DNA from: Sulfolobales archaeon
GTDB taxonomy: Archaea > Thermoproteota > Thermoprotei_A > Sulfolobales > NBVN01
Direction of reading: 5' to 3'
DNA: 44,033 bases
NCBI GenBank assembly: GCA_038841535.1
Contig: JAWBTQ010000010.1
Location: forward strand, 1 to 44,033
Shown here piece after piece: positions 29,422 through 39,727 of the stretch. Position 1 is the stretch's first letter. Each line of letters starts with the position of its first letter. Made by a program: the position numbers and the translations under genes. The notes beneath the pieces are model-generated. The model did not search any database. It was not told the DNA's origin and worked only from the letters and a program-made list of their open reading frames with translations.

Positions 29422-30018
29422 TTGGTGATCGAAGTCGGCGGACACTGCCTAGTAGCTCTCGACATCGACGGTACCTTGATACCTACTCTAGTAGACTTCG
29501 AAAAGCTGAGGGCTGAGATTAGGAGGTTGCTCGGAGTAAATCACTCGCTAAAACCGCTAGCTGAGAGCTTAGCCAGTCTTTCGGTGAGTGAGGACCTGAA
29601 GGAGAAGGCCTGGAAGCTAATTGAGGAGGCTGAGGCAGAGGCTGCCTTGAATCTTGACTCGGAGGATGTGTCCAAAAGCGTCGAATGCATTAAGAAAATG
29701 GTACACTTGAGCGTTAGTGTGATCTTCGTGACAGCTAGAAGCGCAAGGACGGCTACACTTATTCTATCGAAACTAGGCCTCTCAGACTTTGCGGAGTCTT
29801 TAATCTCGAGAGATATTACTCCTTACAGAGTTGAGCAGCTGAAGTACGTACTAGAGCTATCTAGTGGGAGAAGAGTATTTTTTGTTGCTGATACGCAACA
29901 CGATAAAGAAGCAGCTGAAGCTGTAGGCATACAGTTCATTAAGGTCGGAAACTACAAGGAACTCCCAGACGTACTAAACAGAGTCATCAATACGTGTCTG
30001 ACTACATCCTCGCCCTAA
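29422..30018 (+). CDS. HAD family hydrolase
   Basis: LDIDGTL motif I, VTAR motif II, VADTQHD motif IV. Confidence 0.85.
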   Translation: MVIEVGGHCLVALDIDGTLIPTLVDFEKLRAEIRRLLGVNHSLKPLAESLASLSVSEDLKEKAWKLIEEAEAEAALNLDSEDVSKSVECIKKMVHLSVSVIFVTARSARTATLILSKLGLSDFAESLISRDITPYRVEQLKYVLELSSGRRVFFVADTQHDKEAAEAVGIQFIKVGNYKELPDVLNRVINTCLTTSSP

Positions 30019-30224
30019 AGGAGGGGCTATTCACTTAGGCGAAAAACGGTGGCCGATATACTCGGTGCCGAGCTGCTGTGCTCAGAACTTACCTCTGATA
30101 TAGCTAAAATCAATTAAGTACTTTATCGCTTAGTTAAAGAAGAATTTGGTGAAGCAAGTTAGGGTTTAGAGGAGAAGTCGGGAGAATAGCTCTTCCAATA
30201 CTCATAGGCTCTATACCGGACTCG

Positions 30225-31466
30225 GTGATAAGCTTGATAAGCATGGTGGTTGCCTCTAAGATAGGTACTGAGGCTGTTGCTGGTACGGGCCTGGCTTCGT
30301 ACCTCTTCTTCATACTCAATGCCTTAATGTCTATCTTCATAGTTGGCCTCCTCGTGTACTGCTCTCAAGCGTTTGGAGCGGGTAGGGAAGACCTCGTGGA
30401 GAGAGCTGTAGGTGAGTCACTGCTATTGTCGGTATTGATATCGACAGCCGTTATACTTACCTCACATATCTGGTTAAGCGGCTACACAGGAGTTCTCTCC
30501 GGGGGGCAGCAGGAGGTTAGTGCTGTTGCGAGCGCTTACCTGAGCTTGAGGATCTTATCCGTTCCAGCTATAATGGTTAACTCAGTCTTATCGTCGTCTT
30601 ATAGGGCTGTCAACCTACCGTGGATTCCTGCTTACTCATCTATATTCGTCGGTATCTCTAGCGCTGTACTCATACCTTCGTTAGGGCTCGGACAACTCTA
30701 CCTGCCTAGAATGGGGATAGAGGGAATGGGGCTCGCATCAGCTATTTCTCAGTATCTAGGCTTGACCGTCTACTCCCTGTTTAAGCCTCCCTTCAGGTTG
30801 AGACTTAAGCCCCCCTCTAAGGTGCTAGCTAAAGTCATAGCCATAGGTGTTCCAGCGTCCATTGAGAGAGTTATCGGAAGCGTGGGGCAGAACATATACA
30901 TAAACGCTGTAGCTAAGTCCGGAGTTGCTGCTCTAGCTGCTCACAACATAGGGTTGAGCGTGGAGGGCATTATAATAAACCCTGTTTTTGCTATAAACAT
31001 TGCCGCATCGGCTCGGGTAGGTCAGAGAGTCGGGTCGAATAACGTGGAGAAGCTGGATGACCTAACGCGTGAGTCCCTGAAGATAGGTCTATCGTGGATG
31101 TCTATAGCAACAGCTATACTGCTACTTTTATCACTATTCATAGGTAGAGCGTTTACTGAAGACGTGAGTATAGCTAGACTCGTCGGTATGTACTTAGTGC
31201 TTGCTGCCATATCGGAGATAGGCTTTGGTGGGTCCCTAGCTCTCTACGGAGTAATTAGAGGTATGGGTAGCACTTGGGTGCCTCTAGCAGTCAACTCCTT
31301 TACCGTCATTTTCCTTAGAGCACTCCTAGCACAAGCTCTGCAGCCAGTCTATGGGATATACGGTGTTTGGGTAACGCAGGTCACGGATATGTACGGTAGG
31401 TTTGCGGTATCTTACGCCATCTACAGGAAGTTTAAGTCAAAACTACTAGTAAAGCTAGTGGCTTAG
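30225..31466 (+). CDS. MATE family efflux transporter (frame open upstream to 30153)
   Basis: About 12 TM, SQAFGAG, MGIEGMGLAS, RVGQRVG, IRGMG, YGIYGVW. Confidence 0.9.
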   Translation: MISLISMVVASKIGTEAVAGTGLASYLFFILNALMSIFIVGLLVYCSQAFGAGREDLVERAVGESLLLSVLISTAVILTSHIWLSGYTGVLSGGQQEVSAVASAYLSLRILSVPAIMVNSVLSSSYRAVNLPWIPAYSSIFVGISSAVLIPSLGLGQLYLPRMGIEGMGLASAISQYLGLTVYSLFKPPFRLRLKPPSKVLAKVIAIGVPASIERVIGSVGQNIYINAVAKSGVAALAAHNIGLSVEGIIINPVFAINIAASARVGQRVGSNNVEKLDDLTRESLKIGLSWMSIATAILLLLSLFIGRAFTEDVSIARLVGMYLVLAAISEIGFGGSLALYGVIRGMGSTWVPLAVNSFTVIFLRALLAQALQPVYGIYGVWVTQVTDMYGRFAVSYAIYRKFKSKLLVKLVA

Positions 31467-31507
31467 CCGTGAGTGAACATTGACCTACAGCAAGTGGACG
31501 CATACCG

Positions 31508-32236
31508 CTACATGTACATTTTAACCTTGCTTTCTGCTTCCTTAACTGCTTCTTTCAGCATTTCCTCAGCTTCTTCAACTATTTTAGAGTGCTCTAGTAA
31601 CTCGCTCACGTCGATCGAGAGCCCCAGTAGCTTGCTAATTCTTTCTACAGCTACTGACGCTGCTCTCGGGTCGTACTTGCTGGGGTCAGTATACGGGAGG
31701 ACTATGAGTGTTGGGATACTCCGAGTCTCTAGCGCCATAGTTAGGAGGGCTAGGGGTCCCACTATGTAGAGACCCCTAGGGAGAGTAGACTCCGGGAGTT
31801 CCCACCCGCACTCGTTTAAGCAGACCCACGATAGCTCTTCCTCACCTGACCGGAACTTGTAGTTGAGTCCACCGATTAGTATAGCCTTACTCCCACCGAC
31901 GGAAGTAAACCAGTCGGTAACTGCTTCTACGAAGGCCTGCCTCTCTGGTGTGTGCGGTATTACGTTGTTTAGAAGGAGCAGTAAGCCCGTATCTGTGTGC
32001 GCAAACAACTCGAACGGTGTAACGATACCGTAGTCATCAACTCCAGTAAAATCCGGCATGTACTTAGTGAATATATTACCTACCTTTTTAGCCTTAAGCT
32101 TCTTGACCATATATCTAACAGCTATGGTACCCACGTAACCAAAGCCCGGAAAGCCAGTTATGAGTAGCCAGCTATCTCTACTCTCTACTAATCTCCTTCC
32201 CTGTTCCGATAGTAATATTCTAACTGACTTCGTCAA
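31508..32236 (-). CDS. PAC2 family proteasome assembly chaperone-like protein
   Basis: ITGFPGFGYVGTIA, IVGPLALL, DPRAA. Confidence 0.88.
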   Translation of the reverse strand: MTKSVRILLSEQGRRLVESRDSWLLITGFPGFGYVGTIAVRYMVKKLKAKKVGNIFTKYMPDFTGVDDYGIVTPFELFAHTDTGLLLLLNNVIPHTPERQAFVEAVTDWFTSVGGSKAILIGGLNYKFRSGEEELSWVCLNECGWELPESTLPRGLYIVGPLALLTMALETRSIPTLIVLPYTDPSKYDPRAASVAVERISKLLGLSIDVSELLEHSKIVEEAEEMLKEAVKEAESKVKMYM

Positions 32237-32720
32237 GTAGACACGCCCTTATTCTAACGGCGGAACCTCTAATAAACTCTAAAACCTCGAGTGGAGACAG
32301 CTTGAGTGTCCCAGTACAGAGGAGTCTGTCCGATTCGTCCACGACTAGGACCTCGTCACCAGCTCTAAGCTCTTCGTCTAGGTAAATGATGTGTCGCGAG
32401 AAAACGCTAGACCCATGCTTCACTAGGTCTTCTACGACTTCGGACACCACTACACACCTAAGCCTCGGGTACCCAGCGGCTCTGTGGAGGAGTAAGGCAC
32501 CGTAGATGGATGGGATTAAAGTGTGTGTATAAGCTCTAACAGTGTATAGAACATTACCGACATTGTCTAAAATAGCTCTAATCTTGCCCGTGGACTTCGA
32601 GATCCTCAAGTAAACTGCTTCAGGTATGGCCTCCTGTCCCATACCGATACCGAACTGGTAGTCAGCTATAGACCTAAGCACACGTACTTCAGCTGTCGTA
32701 GCGCGTCTAGTTATATACAT
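32220..32720 (-). CDS. PUA-domain protein (stand-alone C-terminal part of archaeosine TGT)
   Basis: RSIADYQFG, SKSTGKIR, SVFSRH, LRAGDEVLVV. Confidence 0.85.
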   Translation of the reverse strand: MYITRRATTAEVRVLRSIADYQFGIGMGQEAIPEAVYLRISKSTGKIRAILDNVGNVLYTVRAYTHTLIPSIYGALLLHRAAGYPRLRCVVVSEVVEDLVKHGSSVFSRHIIYLDEELRAGDEVLVVDESDRLLCTGTLKLSPLEVLEFIRGSAVRIRACLLDEVS

Positions 32721-32922
32721 CTAGCTACTCCCACTAGTACGTACCTAACCCCAGAGGAAAATTAATGTTTTCCACTACAACACTGGTTTTCGAGATACAT
32801 TGCTTGAGTGTAGCAATCTCAGCTATATGTAGCTCGCTTTGAAGACGCTATAGCTGCCTTTAACTAATATTCGAAAATACATAAAAATTTTTAGTGAAGA
32901 GTAGTAACATCTAGGGGTAGTT

Positions 32923-33894
32923 GTGGCTCAAAGAGATGAGTACCTAGTATTCGTAGCTTTAGGGGGAAACGCATTTCAGAGTATAGGTGATATAGGGACT
33001 CCAGAAGACTACTGGAGAAACGCCTTCACGGCTGCTGAGGTTGTAGTGAGCATCGTTGAGGAAGGATTTAGGGTTGTAGTAACACACGGGAACGGTCCCC
33101 AAGTCGGGATAGTGAGCGAGTGGATGGAGAACTTGAAGTATAAGATCCCACCTCAGACTCTCGATATAGCCGGAGCGATGACTCAGGGGTGGTTGGGCTA
33201 CCTACTCACTCAAGCAATTCACAACACTCTTGCTGATAGAGGGCTCCTCGGAAGGGTCAAGGGAGCTGTAGCTATAGTAAACAGGGTGGCGGTCAGGGAC
33301 AATGACCAGGCGTGGAGTAATCCAACGAAGTTTGTTGGGGGTTGGTATACGGATGAGTTAGAAATAGAGAGGTTGTCGAAAGAAAAAGGATGGATATTCA
33401 AGAGAGACCCTCGAGGTGGATGGAGGAGGGTAGTCCCCTCACCCGATCCCTACAAGAACGTCGAGTTTGAAGCAGTCAGGACTCTACTAGATAGTGGGTG
33501 GATCGTGGTAGCATCTGGAGGTGGAGGCATTCCAGTAGTTGAAAAAGATGGGGGTAAGCTATTCGGTCGTGAAGCAGTTATCGATAAGGACCTAGCTGGT
33601 GAGGTACTTGCTACAGAACTAGGTGCGGGACACTTCGTCATATTGACTGATATAGATGGAGCTTACTTAAGCTATGGAAGAGAGAGTGCGCAAAAGCTTA
33701 GTAAGGTATCCGTTAGCCAGCTTGAGCAGTATTATAGAGAGGGCCATTTTCCAGCGGGTTCTATGGGGCCTAAGGTTTTAGCGTGCATACGGTTCATAAG
33801 ACATGGTGGGCTGAGGGCAGCTATAGGGCACTTAAGAGAGGGCCATGACGTTGTTAAAGGTTCTAAGGGAACTCAGGTCTTTCCTGATACGTGA
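32923..33894 (+). CDS. arcC: Carbamate kinase
   Basis: ALGGNA, THGNGPQVG, NPTKFVG, RRVVPSP, GGGGIP, AVIDKD, GSMGPK. Confidence 0.95.
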   Translation: MAQRDEYLVFVALGGNAFQSIGDIGTPEDYWRNAFTAAEVVVSIVEEGFRVVVTHGNGPQVGIVSEWMENLKYKIPPQTLDIAGAMTQGWLGYLLTQAIHNTLADRGLLGRVKGAVAIVNRVAVRDNDQAWSNPTKFVGGWYTDELEIERLSKEKGWIFKRDPRGGWRRVVPSPDPYKNVEFEAVRTLLDSGWIVVASGGGGIPVVEKDGGKLFGREAVIDKDLAGEVLATELGAGHFVILTDIDGAYLSYGRESAQKLSKVSVSQLEQYYREGHFPAGSMGPKVLACIRFIRHGGLRAAIGHLREGHDVVKGSKGTQVFPDT

Positions 33895-33917
33895 CGTAAG
33901 TGCGTAGATGTAGAGTG

Positions 33918-35519
33918 CTATAGTACCTCGCACAGCTCTATAAAGTCTATATGTGAGCAGTCAACACTCCCACATATTCTCTCTCTCACGAGCTCCAGCT
34001 TAGACCAGGAGATCTTTTTACATGTAAATAAGACTACTTCATTCTTATAATTCCTTATTAAGTCAATTAGCCTGCTGAACATTCGCGCAGCAAGCTTTCT
34101 AGACGCACTAAGCGATATCTCGCACTGTGAGTAGGGGTAAGCGTACGATACTTCTGCGGGGACTAAGTCGAAGAAAGGTAGGTAAGCTAGCTTAACGCAT
34201 TGCTCGGGGTCGGCTAGTCTATGGCGCAAGTATTCGAGTACTCTTCTATACGTTTTAGACTCAATGAAGGGTCTATCGCTAGGGTCTCCAGGGAACAAAA
34301 CTAAGGGCCTTAGACGGTCTTCTGCTAGTACATGTTTCAAATACTTCTCGATGAAATCTCTATGTCTAATGAGTTCGGGTCTAAAGTAAGATGTTGTATC
34401 AGTGAGAAAAACGCCTCTACCTGAGCCTCTAAACCTGCTGTCGAGTTTCTCTATCCACTTAGCGTACTTAATTAGTCTATCGAAAGCGTCTCTAGATGAA
34501 GGGTGCGACCTAGCTAAACGCTCCAGAAGCTCCCATAGCCTCCCCTCCTTAATAGCCTCCTTAACTTCACGCACAGACTTACCTATAACGCTTAAGTTGT
34601 GTTCGGCGAGTAGTTTGGCTCTCTCCGGCTTGCTCATCTCAGTTAGGTCGCTAGGTTCGAACCTACTGCATACAGAGCAGTTGCATGGGAAGTAGCTGAG
34701 GCTACTGAGTTTGAGCGTACCGTAGTCGGTCATATATCTATCGTCTTTAGCGTACAGAACGTAAGAGGCCGAGTCGAAAGTATCTATGCCTAGAGCAACA
34801 GCTATAGGGATCAGCAGTGGGTGCCCACCACCAAATAAGTGGACAGGTCTATCAGCTGGAACTATAGACTTAACTGCGTAGATCATGTCAACAACCTTCT
34901 TAAAGTCGTACTTCTCTAAGGCCTTGACCGGGCTACCGACTGCGTATAAGCTGTAGAAATCCGATAGCTTCCTAGATTCTTCAGCACTCCACTTAAGTAG
35001 GTCTACGTAAACACCCCCTTGAACTGGTAGAACCCACGCGATTTTATCGGAACTCCGCTTAACAACCTCCAAAGACTGGTAGGCCCTCCTCAAAGTCTCC
35101 TCAGCACTAAGCCTAGCCTCATCCCGAGTTGCAGTATCTGGAGTGGGGATATCTACGATGACAGCTATGTCGGGCTCCAGAACCTCCTCGAACTCGACGA
35201 GCTCTACAGGGTCTATAGCAACTCTCTCAGTGCCGTATACGAGCAGTTGGTATGCTCCCGAGTCCGTCATTACTACACCGCTGAAGTTTAGTACCTCATG
35301 TACTTTCGCGGCCTTGCTCTCCAGCTTCTTCTTGATTATGTATGCGTTAGTTATAACCTGCTCAAATCCGAGCTCTACGATCCTCTCTAGAGGTAGGTCG
35401 TCGGGTTGCTTAAACGGGTGCACTACAGGAAAAAATGCAGGGGTCTCCAGAGTTCCGGACCTAAGCTTTAGCTTCCCTATTCTGCCAGCTAGATCCTTGT
35501 CCTTTAGCTCGAAGCTCAA
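33918..35519 (-). CDS. tgtA: tRNA-guanine(15) transglycosylase (archaeosine TGT, catalytic part)
   Basis: ETPAFFPV, MTDSGAYQ, PVHLFGGGHP, DTFDSASY, CNCSVC..HNL zinc site. Confidence 0.95.
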   Translation of the reverse strand: MSFELKDKDLAGRIGKLKLRSGTLETPAFFPVVHPFKQPDDLPLERIVELGFEQVITNAYIIKKKLESKAAKVHEVLNFSGVVMTDSGAYQLLVYGTERVAIDPVELVEFEEVLEPDIAVIVDIPTPDTATRDEARLSAEETLRRAYQSLEVVKRSSDKIAWVLPVQGGVYVDLLKWSAEESRKLSDFYSLYAVGSPVKALEKYDFKKVVDMIYAVKSIVPADRPVHLFGGGHPLLIPIAVALGIDTFDSASYVLYAKDDRYMTDYGTLKLSSLSYFPCNCSVCSRFEPSDLTEMSKPERAKLLAEHNLSVIGKSVREVKEAIKEGRLWELLERLARSHPSSRDAFDRLIKYAKWIEKLDSRFRGSGRGVFLTDTTSYFRPELIRHRDFIEKYLKHVLAEDRLRPLVLFPGDPSDRPFIESKTYRRVLEYLRHRLADPEQCVKLAYLPFFDLVPAEVSYAYPYSQCEISLSASRKLAARMFSRLIDLIRNYKNEVVLFTCKKISWSKLELVRERICGSVDCSHIDFIELCEVL

Positions 35520-35983
35520 CTTACCGACGTCCTCGGCTTCAACTTAGACTCCATGTATTCCTGCCATACACTGTACAGCTTTTCAGCAAACGGCCCCGAC
35601 CCCTCAACACCCTTCTCACTCACTACATATCTATCCAAGAACCTCACTGCGTTGAGTATCTCATCTATCTTTACAGCATCCGGCCTCACTTTCAGTCTGT
35701 CAACTACGTATGACGCAAACTCCTTAGCATTGAATAGGGCCTTCTCCTTCAAGATGATCTCGGAGATCCTGCTCCCACTTATAAAAACCTTAGGTAACTC
35801 ATTCCCACTAGAGTCTCTCACGTCTTCGAGTACTGCGTGAAGTGTCAGCCCGTCTACGTCGATTCCCTTCAGCTTACCCTCGTATCTAGACCCATCCGAT
35901 AGCCTGATAACTACAACGTGGTCTAGCAGGGAGTATAGCTCCTGCCTTAGGCGCCTAGTAGCTTCACTCACACTATCACCCAA
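35516..35983 (-). CDS. Augmented Sm-like protein SmAP3
   Basis: Sm1/Sm2 motifs (YEGKLKGID, FISGSRISEI) plus C-terminal domain ending GVEGSGP. Confidence 0.88.
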   Translation of the reverse strand: MGDSVSEATRRLRQELYSLLDHVVVIRLSDGSRYEGKLKGIDVDGLTLHAVLEDVRDSSGNELPKVFISGSRISEIILKEKALFNAKEFASYVVDRLKVRPDAVKIDEILNAVRFLDRYVVSEKGVEGSGPFAEKLYSVWQEYMESKLKPRTSVS

Positions 35984-36015
35984 AACTAGCTGTAGTCGAT
36001 TTTATATGCTCTAAC

Positions 36016-36783
36016 TTAGGTAGCTCTCTTCAAGACCAATCCTATGTCCGCAATTGAGTTAAGTACGCTATCGCACTCGCTTAAACCTCTACAAGCTACT
36101 TCAGCAACTACTAGAATGGGTTTAGTCACTGCTAGGAACTCCATTAGCTTATCCACGTCTAGTACACCCACACCCGGAAGTAGGTGTTTGTCGGAGAATC
36201 CATCGTTATCGTGTAAGTGCACTGACTTAATTAGCTCCCTCAGGATCGAGCTAAACGACAGTAAGGATGTCCTAGCTATCATAGCATGACCTACGTCAAC
36301 GCACACACCCAGCCTAGGTATGTCAGCGTTCCTTACGACTGCTAGTAGTTCCTCCGGTGATGCCCCCAACCTACCAGTGCTTGCGATATTCTCGACGAGT
36401 ATTTGAGAGCTACCGCTGACTATATCGGCAAGCTTCCTCAAGTACCTTACGGCAGCATCTATTGAGTCCCTAGATGGGGGTAGGTGGGGCAAGTGCGTTA
36501 CGTAAAAGTCTACGCTTACTCTATCGAGAACCTTAACCCACTTCGACAACCTACTGATAAAGCTAGTAAGCCTGAATACACCTAGCTCGAGACTATCGTA
36601 AGGCAAGTGCACAGAAAACGACTCTAGGTTATACCTGGATACGGTATCCGCAACTTTGCTGAGTTCTGCTAACTCTCTTACTCTACTAGATAGAAAGTTG
36701 TCGTAGCTTAACTCAACAGACTTAAAACCCCTTAAGAGAACTCTCTCTACAGCCTCAGAAGGTGGAAGACTTAAGTACACCAT
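36016..36783 (-). CDS. Sugar phosphate isomerase/epimerase (AP endonuclease 2 TIM barrel)
   Basis: SVHLP, LVEN, DVGHA, HLHDNDG..D.HL.PG.G. Confidence 0.85.
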   Translation of the reverse strand: MVYLSLPPSEAVERVLLRGFKSVELSYDNFLSSRVRELAELSKVADTVSRYNLESFSVHLPYDSLELGVFRLTSFISRLSKWVKVLDRVSVDFYVTHLPHLPPSRDSIDAAVRYLRKLADIVSGSSQILVENIASTGRLGASPEELLAVVRNADIPRLGVCVDVGHAMIARTSLLSFSSILRELIKSVHLHDNDGFSDKHLLPGVGVLDVDKLMEFLAVTKPILVVAEVACRGLSECDSVLNSIADIGLVLKRAT

Positions 36784-36837
36784 CGTAGAAGCACCGAACT
36801 TAAACGTGCTCTCACCGGGGCAGAGCCATCTGAAAGG

Positions 36838-37308
36838 CTAGGTCTTCTCGAGAACCTTCAAGGCCTTCTTCCTCGTCCCGGTAGTCACGATGGGCACAAC
36901 AAACACTCTCACTCCGTTGATCTCCCTTATAAGTGACAGTACTAGGAAAACATGGTTCCTCCATACGTGCTTAAACGCTAGTATACCAGCTCCTTTAGAC
37001 TCATTGTAGTACACTAGAGACGGTCTCGCAGCTCCATAGCCGACGACACCGTATAGGAGTTGGCAGGTTTTCTGAACAGCTTTCTCTACATGGTCTTTCT
37101 TAATGTGGGATAAGTCCCCGGAAACTGCTATTACCTCGAAAACTAAGTACCTCTTTCTGGGCTTAGTGAGTTTTGCTCTACTACTGCCCAGAGTAGACCT
37201 CACTAAAAAAACTGCTCTCCTTGCCTTCAGCCAGGAAGACATGCTTAAGTACAGAGACACTAGTGATACAGCTACAGCAGAGACCAGTAGAACATATTCA
37301 AGCGACAT
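36838..37308 (-). CDS. rnp2: RNase P protein component 2 (Pop5/Rpp14)
   Basis: RKRYLVFEV, LYGVVG, TTGTRKKA; downstream of Rpp30. Confidence 0.85.
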   Translation of the reverse strand: MSLEYVLLVSAVAVSLVSLYLSMSSWLKARRAVFLVRSTLGSSRAKLTKPRKRYLVFEVIAVSGDLSHIKKDHVEKAVQKTCQLLYGVVGYGAARPSLVYYNESKGAGILAFKHVWRNHVFLVLSLIREINGVRVFVVPIVTTGTRKKALKVLEKT

Positions 37309-37882
37309 TCGATATCAACTCGCTAGGTACCTTAAATACTGCTTTAGCAGCAAGTTCTTCAGGTACGCCCAAGACAGAGATAAGTGCTAACATCGCGGTC
37401 GGGTGGACCATGTTAGACAAATCCGTAGCACCACTACACACGTAAACCCTTATCTTCTTGCGAACGTATAGCCTCAGAACGAGGTAGTAGTAATCTAAGG
37501 GGTAACCACTTAGTAACCTGTTGATCAGCTCTGAGAACTCAACTTCTACCGGAACGCCTAGACCTATGACTCTCCGTAGAAAGTCTTTGCTCACATCACT
37601 TAGCTGGCTAAACTCTATCTTAATGCTGTCTATGCTTCCAGCAAGCCTAGGGTAAGCCTTCAAGTCGTCCTTAGATTCCACTACGAGAACTCTAAAGCCC
37701 CTCAAGTTACGGAACTTAGAGACAGTGTCTCTCCTCAATTCGTACCTGGGGACTAGTCTTATCCCACCGACCTCCTCGGTAGAGCTGGCTCCGCAGTAGG
37801 CTATCGCTCTATACCCTAATCTTAAGGCGTATCTCACTAAGTTGCCGTCTACAGCACCTTTAAAACAGAGGTCAACTACCAC
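37298..37882 (-). CDS. rnp3: RNase P protein component 3 (Rpp30), divergent
   Basis: RLGY, VCSGA..MVHP motifs; conserved position next to L15e and Pop5. Confidence 0.7.
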   Translation of the reverse strand: MVVDLCFKGAVDGNLVRYALRLGYRAIAYCGASSTEEVGGIRLVPRYELRRDTVSKFRNLRGFRVLVVESKDDLKAYPRLAGSIDSIKIEFSQLSDVSKDFLRRVIGLGVPVEVEFSELINRLLSGYPLDYYYLVLRLYVRKKIRVYVCSGATDLSNMVHPTAMLALISVLGVPEELAAKAVFKVPSELISNVA

Positions 37883-38324
37883 AAGTTTCCCCGATCTCCC
37901 TTAAGACCCTACTTAGGTCAACGTGGTGAGCGCCCTCGAAGGAGGCTACGACTTTAATAACGTCACTACCTTCACTAAGTACTACTCTCCCGAGGTAGAG
38001 GTCTTGCTTGCTTAAGCGAATGTGTAGTCTAGTTCTTCTGCTCTCTACTCTACTTTCTAAAGTAGAGAGAAGTATCTCACGGTCTGTCTTACTCATAGAG
38101 CACAATACGTGTTTTAGTACATTACTAGCAGTGCTTCTACCAACCAAGAGCTTGACTAGCTTAATGATGTTTCCGTAATAGCCCTCGAGGCTTTGTGTCC
38201 TAATCTGTTGAATAAAAGAGCTCCGGAGTTCGGCTGGTACAGTATTTAGTAAAGCACTAAGTACCTTTTCTTCGTCCTCCGTTGAATGAACAAAAGCAGA
38301 AAGCTCGAGAACGATTTTTATCAT
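37872..38324 (-). CDS. Predicted RNA-binding protein (DUF54/COG1325-type)
   Basis: FVHSTEDEEKV, GYYGN, HIRLSKQ. Confidence 0.85.
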   Translation of the reverse strand: MIKIVLELSAFVHSTEDEEKVLSALLNTVPAELRSSFIQQIRTQSLEGYYGNIIKLVKLLVGRSTASNVLKHVLCSMSKTDREILLSTLESRVESRRTRLHIRLSKQDLYLGRVVLSEGSDVIKVVASFEGAHHVDLSRVLREIGETCGS

Positions 38325-38334
38325 AGCTTTACCG

Positions 38335-39006
38335 CTACTTCTCGTAGCCTAATTTCCCCATAACCTCCTGGGGAGCTATGAGCCTGGCACCTCTGGACGC
38401 TTCGTGTCTTTTCTTAAGAATTCTCTCCTTCTGCTTTTTCTTCCACTTGTAGTGGTGAGTGCCCTTAAGCCCCCTGCTCCTCAGGAGACCCCTCATCCTC
38501 TTACCAGCCATAGTCTTTCCTCTGAAGACCCTGCCTCTCTGTCCTGGGTTAGTGATCCAGTTGATTTCCGGGTCAGAGAGTATCGACGGGTGGTGTGGAT
38601 CCACCATCACGACTTCGTAGTACTTGTATATACCATCCTCTCCCACGTAGTAACTTCCCAGTACCTCGAGATTGGGGAATCTCCTATTAGCTCTCTCCTC
38701 AGCTATGAGCCTAGTAGGCTTCTCTGGCGCATATCCGTAGACGCCCATCCTCTTAGGTCTCCTACCGGAGTTAGGTCTAGGTCTATTCAAGCCTCCCTTT
38801 CTTACCCTAACCCTCACTACCACGAAACCTACTTTTGCCTCGTAGCCTAGGGCCCTAGCTCTATCCAATCTAGTCGGTCTCTCTACTCTTGCTACAGTTG
38901 GCCCTCGCCTCCACAGTATAAGTCTCTCTCTCATTAACTCGGCTATTGGGCCTTCGTAAGGCTTCTTCCAGAGCTGGGCAATGTAGTGATACATTGATTT
39001 AGTCAT
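38335..39006 (-). CDS. rpl15e: 50S ribosomal protein L15e
   Basis: [34 protein letters not shown]. Confidence 0.97.
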   Translation of the reverse strand: MTKSMYHYIAQLWKKPYEGPIAELMRERLILWRRGPTVARVERPTRLDRARALGYEAKVGFVVVRVRVRKGGLNRPRPNSGRRPKRMGVYGYAPEKPTRLIAEERANRRFPNLEVLGSYYVGEDGIYKYYEVVMVDPHHPSILSDPEINWITNPGQRGRVFRGKTMAGKRMRGLLRSRGLKGTHHYKWKKKQKERILKKRHEASRGARLIAPQEVMGKLGYEK

Positions 39007-39055
39007 CCCTATTACCTAATTACAGAGGTACAGCATAGCTTAAAAGCATTCCAAG

Positions 39056-39628
39056 CTAGCGCTGAATACTGGAGCTTAACTTATGAGAGAGGGCGAGAAG
39101 GCTCTTCGTGAGGATCTCCTCGTGAGACTCCTCTTCCTTAGACATCTTCTGAAGAATCTCAGAAACCATCTTCACGTTTTCTGACTTTACGTAGTAGGGT
39201 AGAACCTGCCCTAGGAGGTTGAAGAGGATTTTATGGTAAGTCTCTATGCTTATAACGCTGTCTTCAGCACCGAGCTTCTTGAGTAGGGAAGCTGTAGACC
39301 CCTCGCTTAAGCGTCCAGCTCTATCTACTTCCGACATTACTTCCTCAACTACTCGCCACGGAAGCCCCACAACCGTTCTACAGTCTTCCTCAAGTGCTCT
39401 GAACCCCAAGAGAGCAGCGGCTCTATCGAGGAACTCAGCATTAGATTTACTCCTAGCCGAGAGCCAGATAAGTGGGGCAAGTAGGGACTCATCCTCAGCT
39501 TTTTCCGCCAATAGCTCGTAAAGCCTGGAGACTAAGTCTTCAAACCTAGCTGAACAATACACTATCTCGACAACCAGTCTCTGAGGGTCCTCAGGCATCA
39601 ACCTCCTCTTGCCTCGAGTTAAGATCAT
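39056..39628 (-). CDS. Hypothetical helical protein, possibly ferritin-like
   Basis: Helical pattern with C-terminal EEESHEE (ExxH). Confidence 0.55.
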   Translation of the reverse strand: MILTRGKRRLMPEDPQRLVVEIVYCSARFEDLVSRLYELLAEKAEDESLLAPLIWLSARSKSNAEFLDRAAALLGFRALEEDCRTVVGLPWRVVEEVMSEVDRAGRLSEGSTASLLKKLGAEDSVISIETYHKILFNLLGQVLPYYVKSENVKMVSEILQKMSKEEESHEEILTKSLLALSHKLSSSIQR

Positions 39629-39727
39629 AACAGTGTAAGTTAATATACTTAGCTAATCCATCGGGCAAGGTTTCAGCCGCACGTCAGATACTTATCTTCT
39701 CGAGTTAGCTGCATCTTCGGGATAGGA

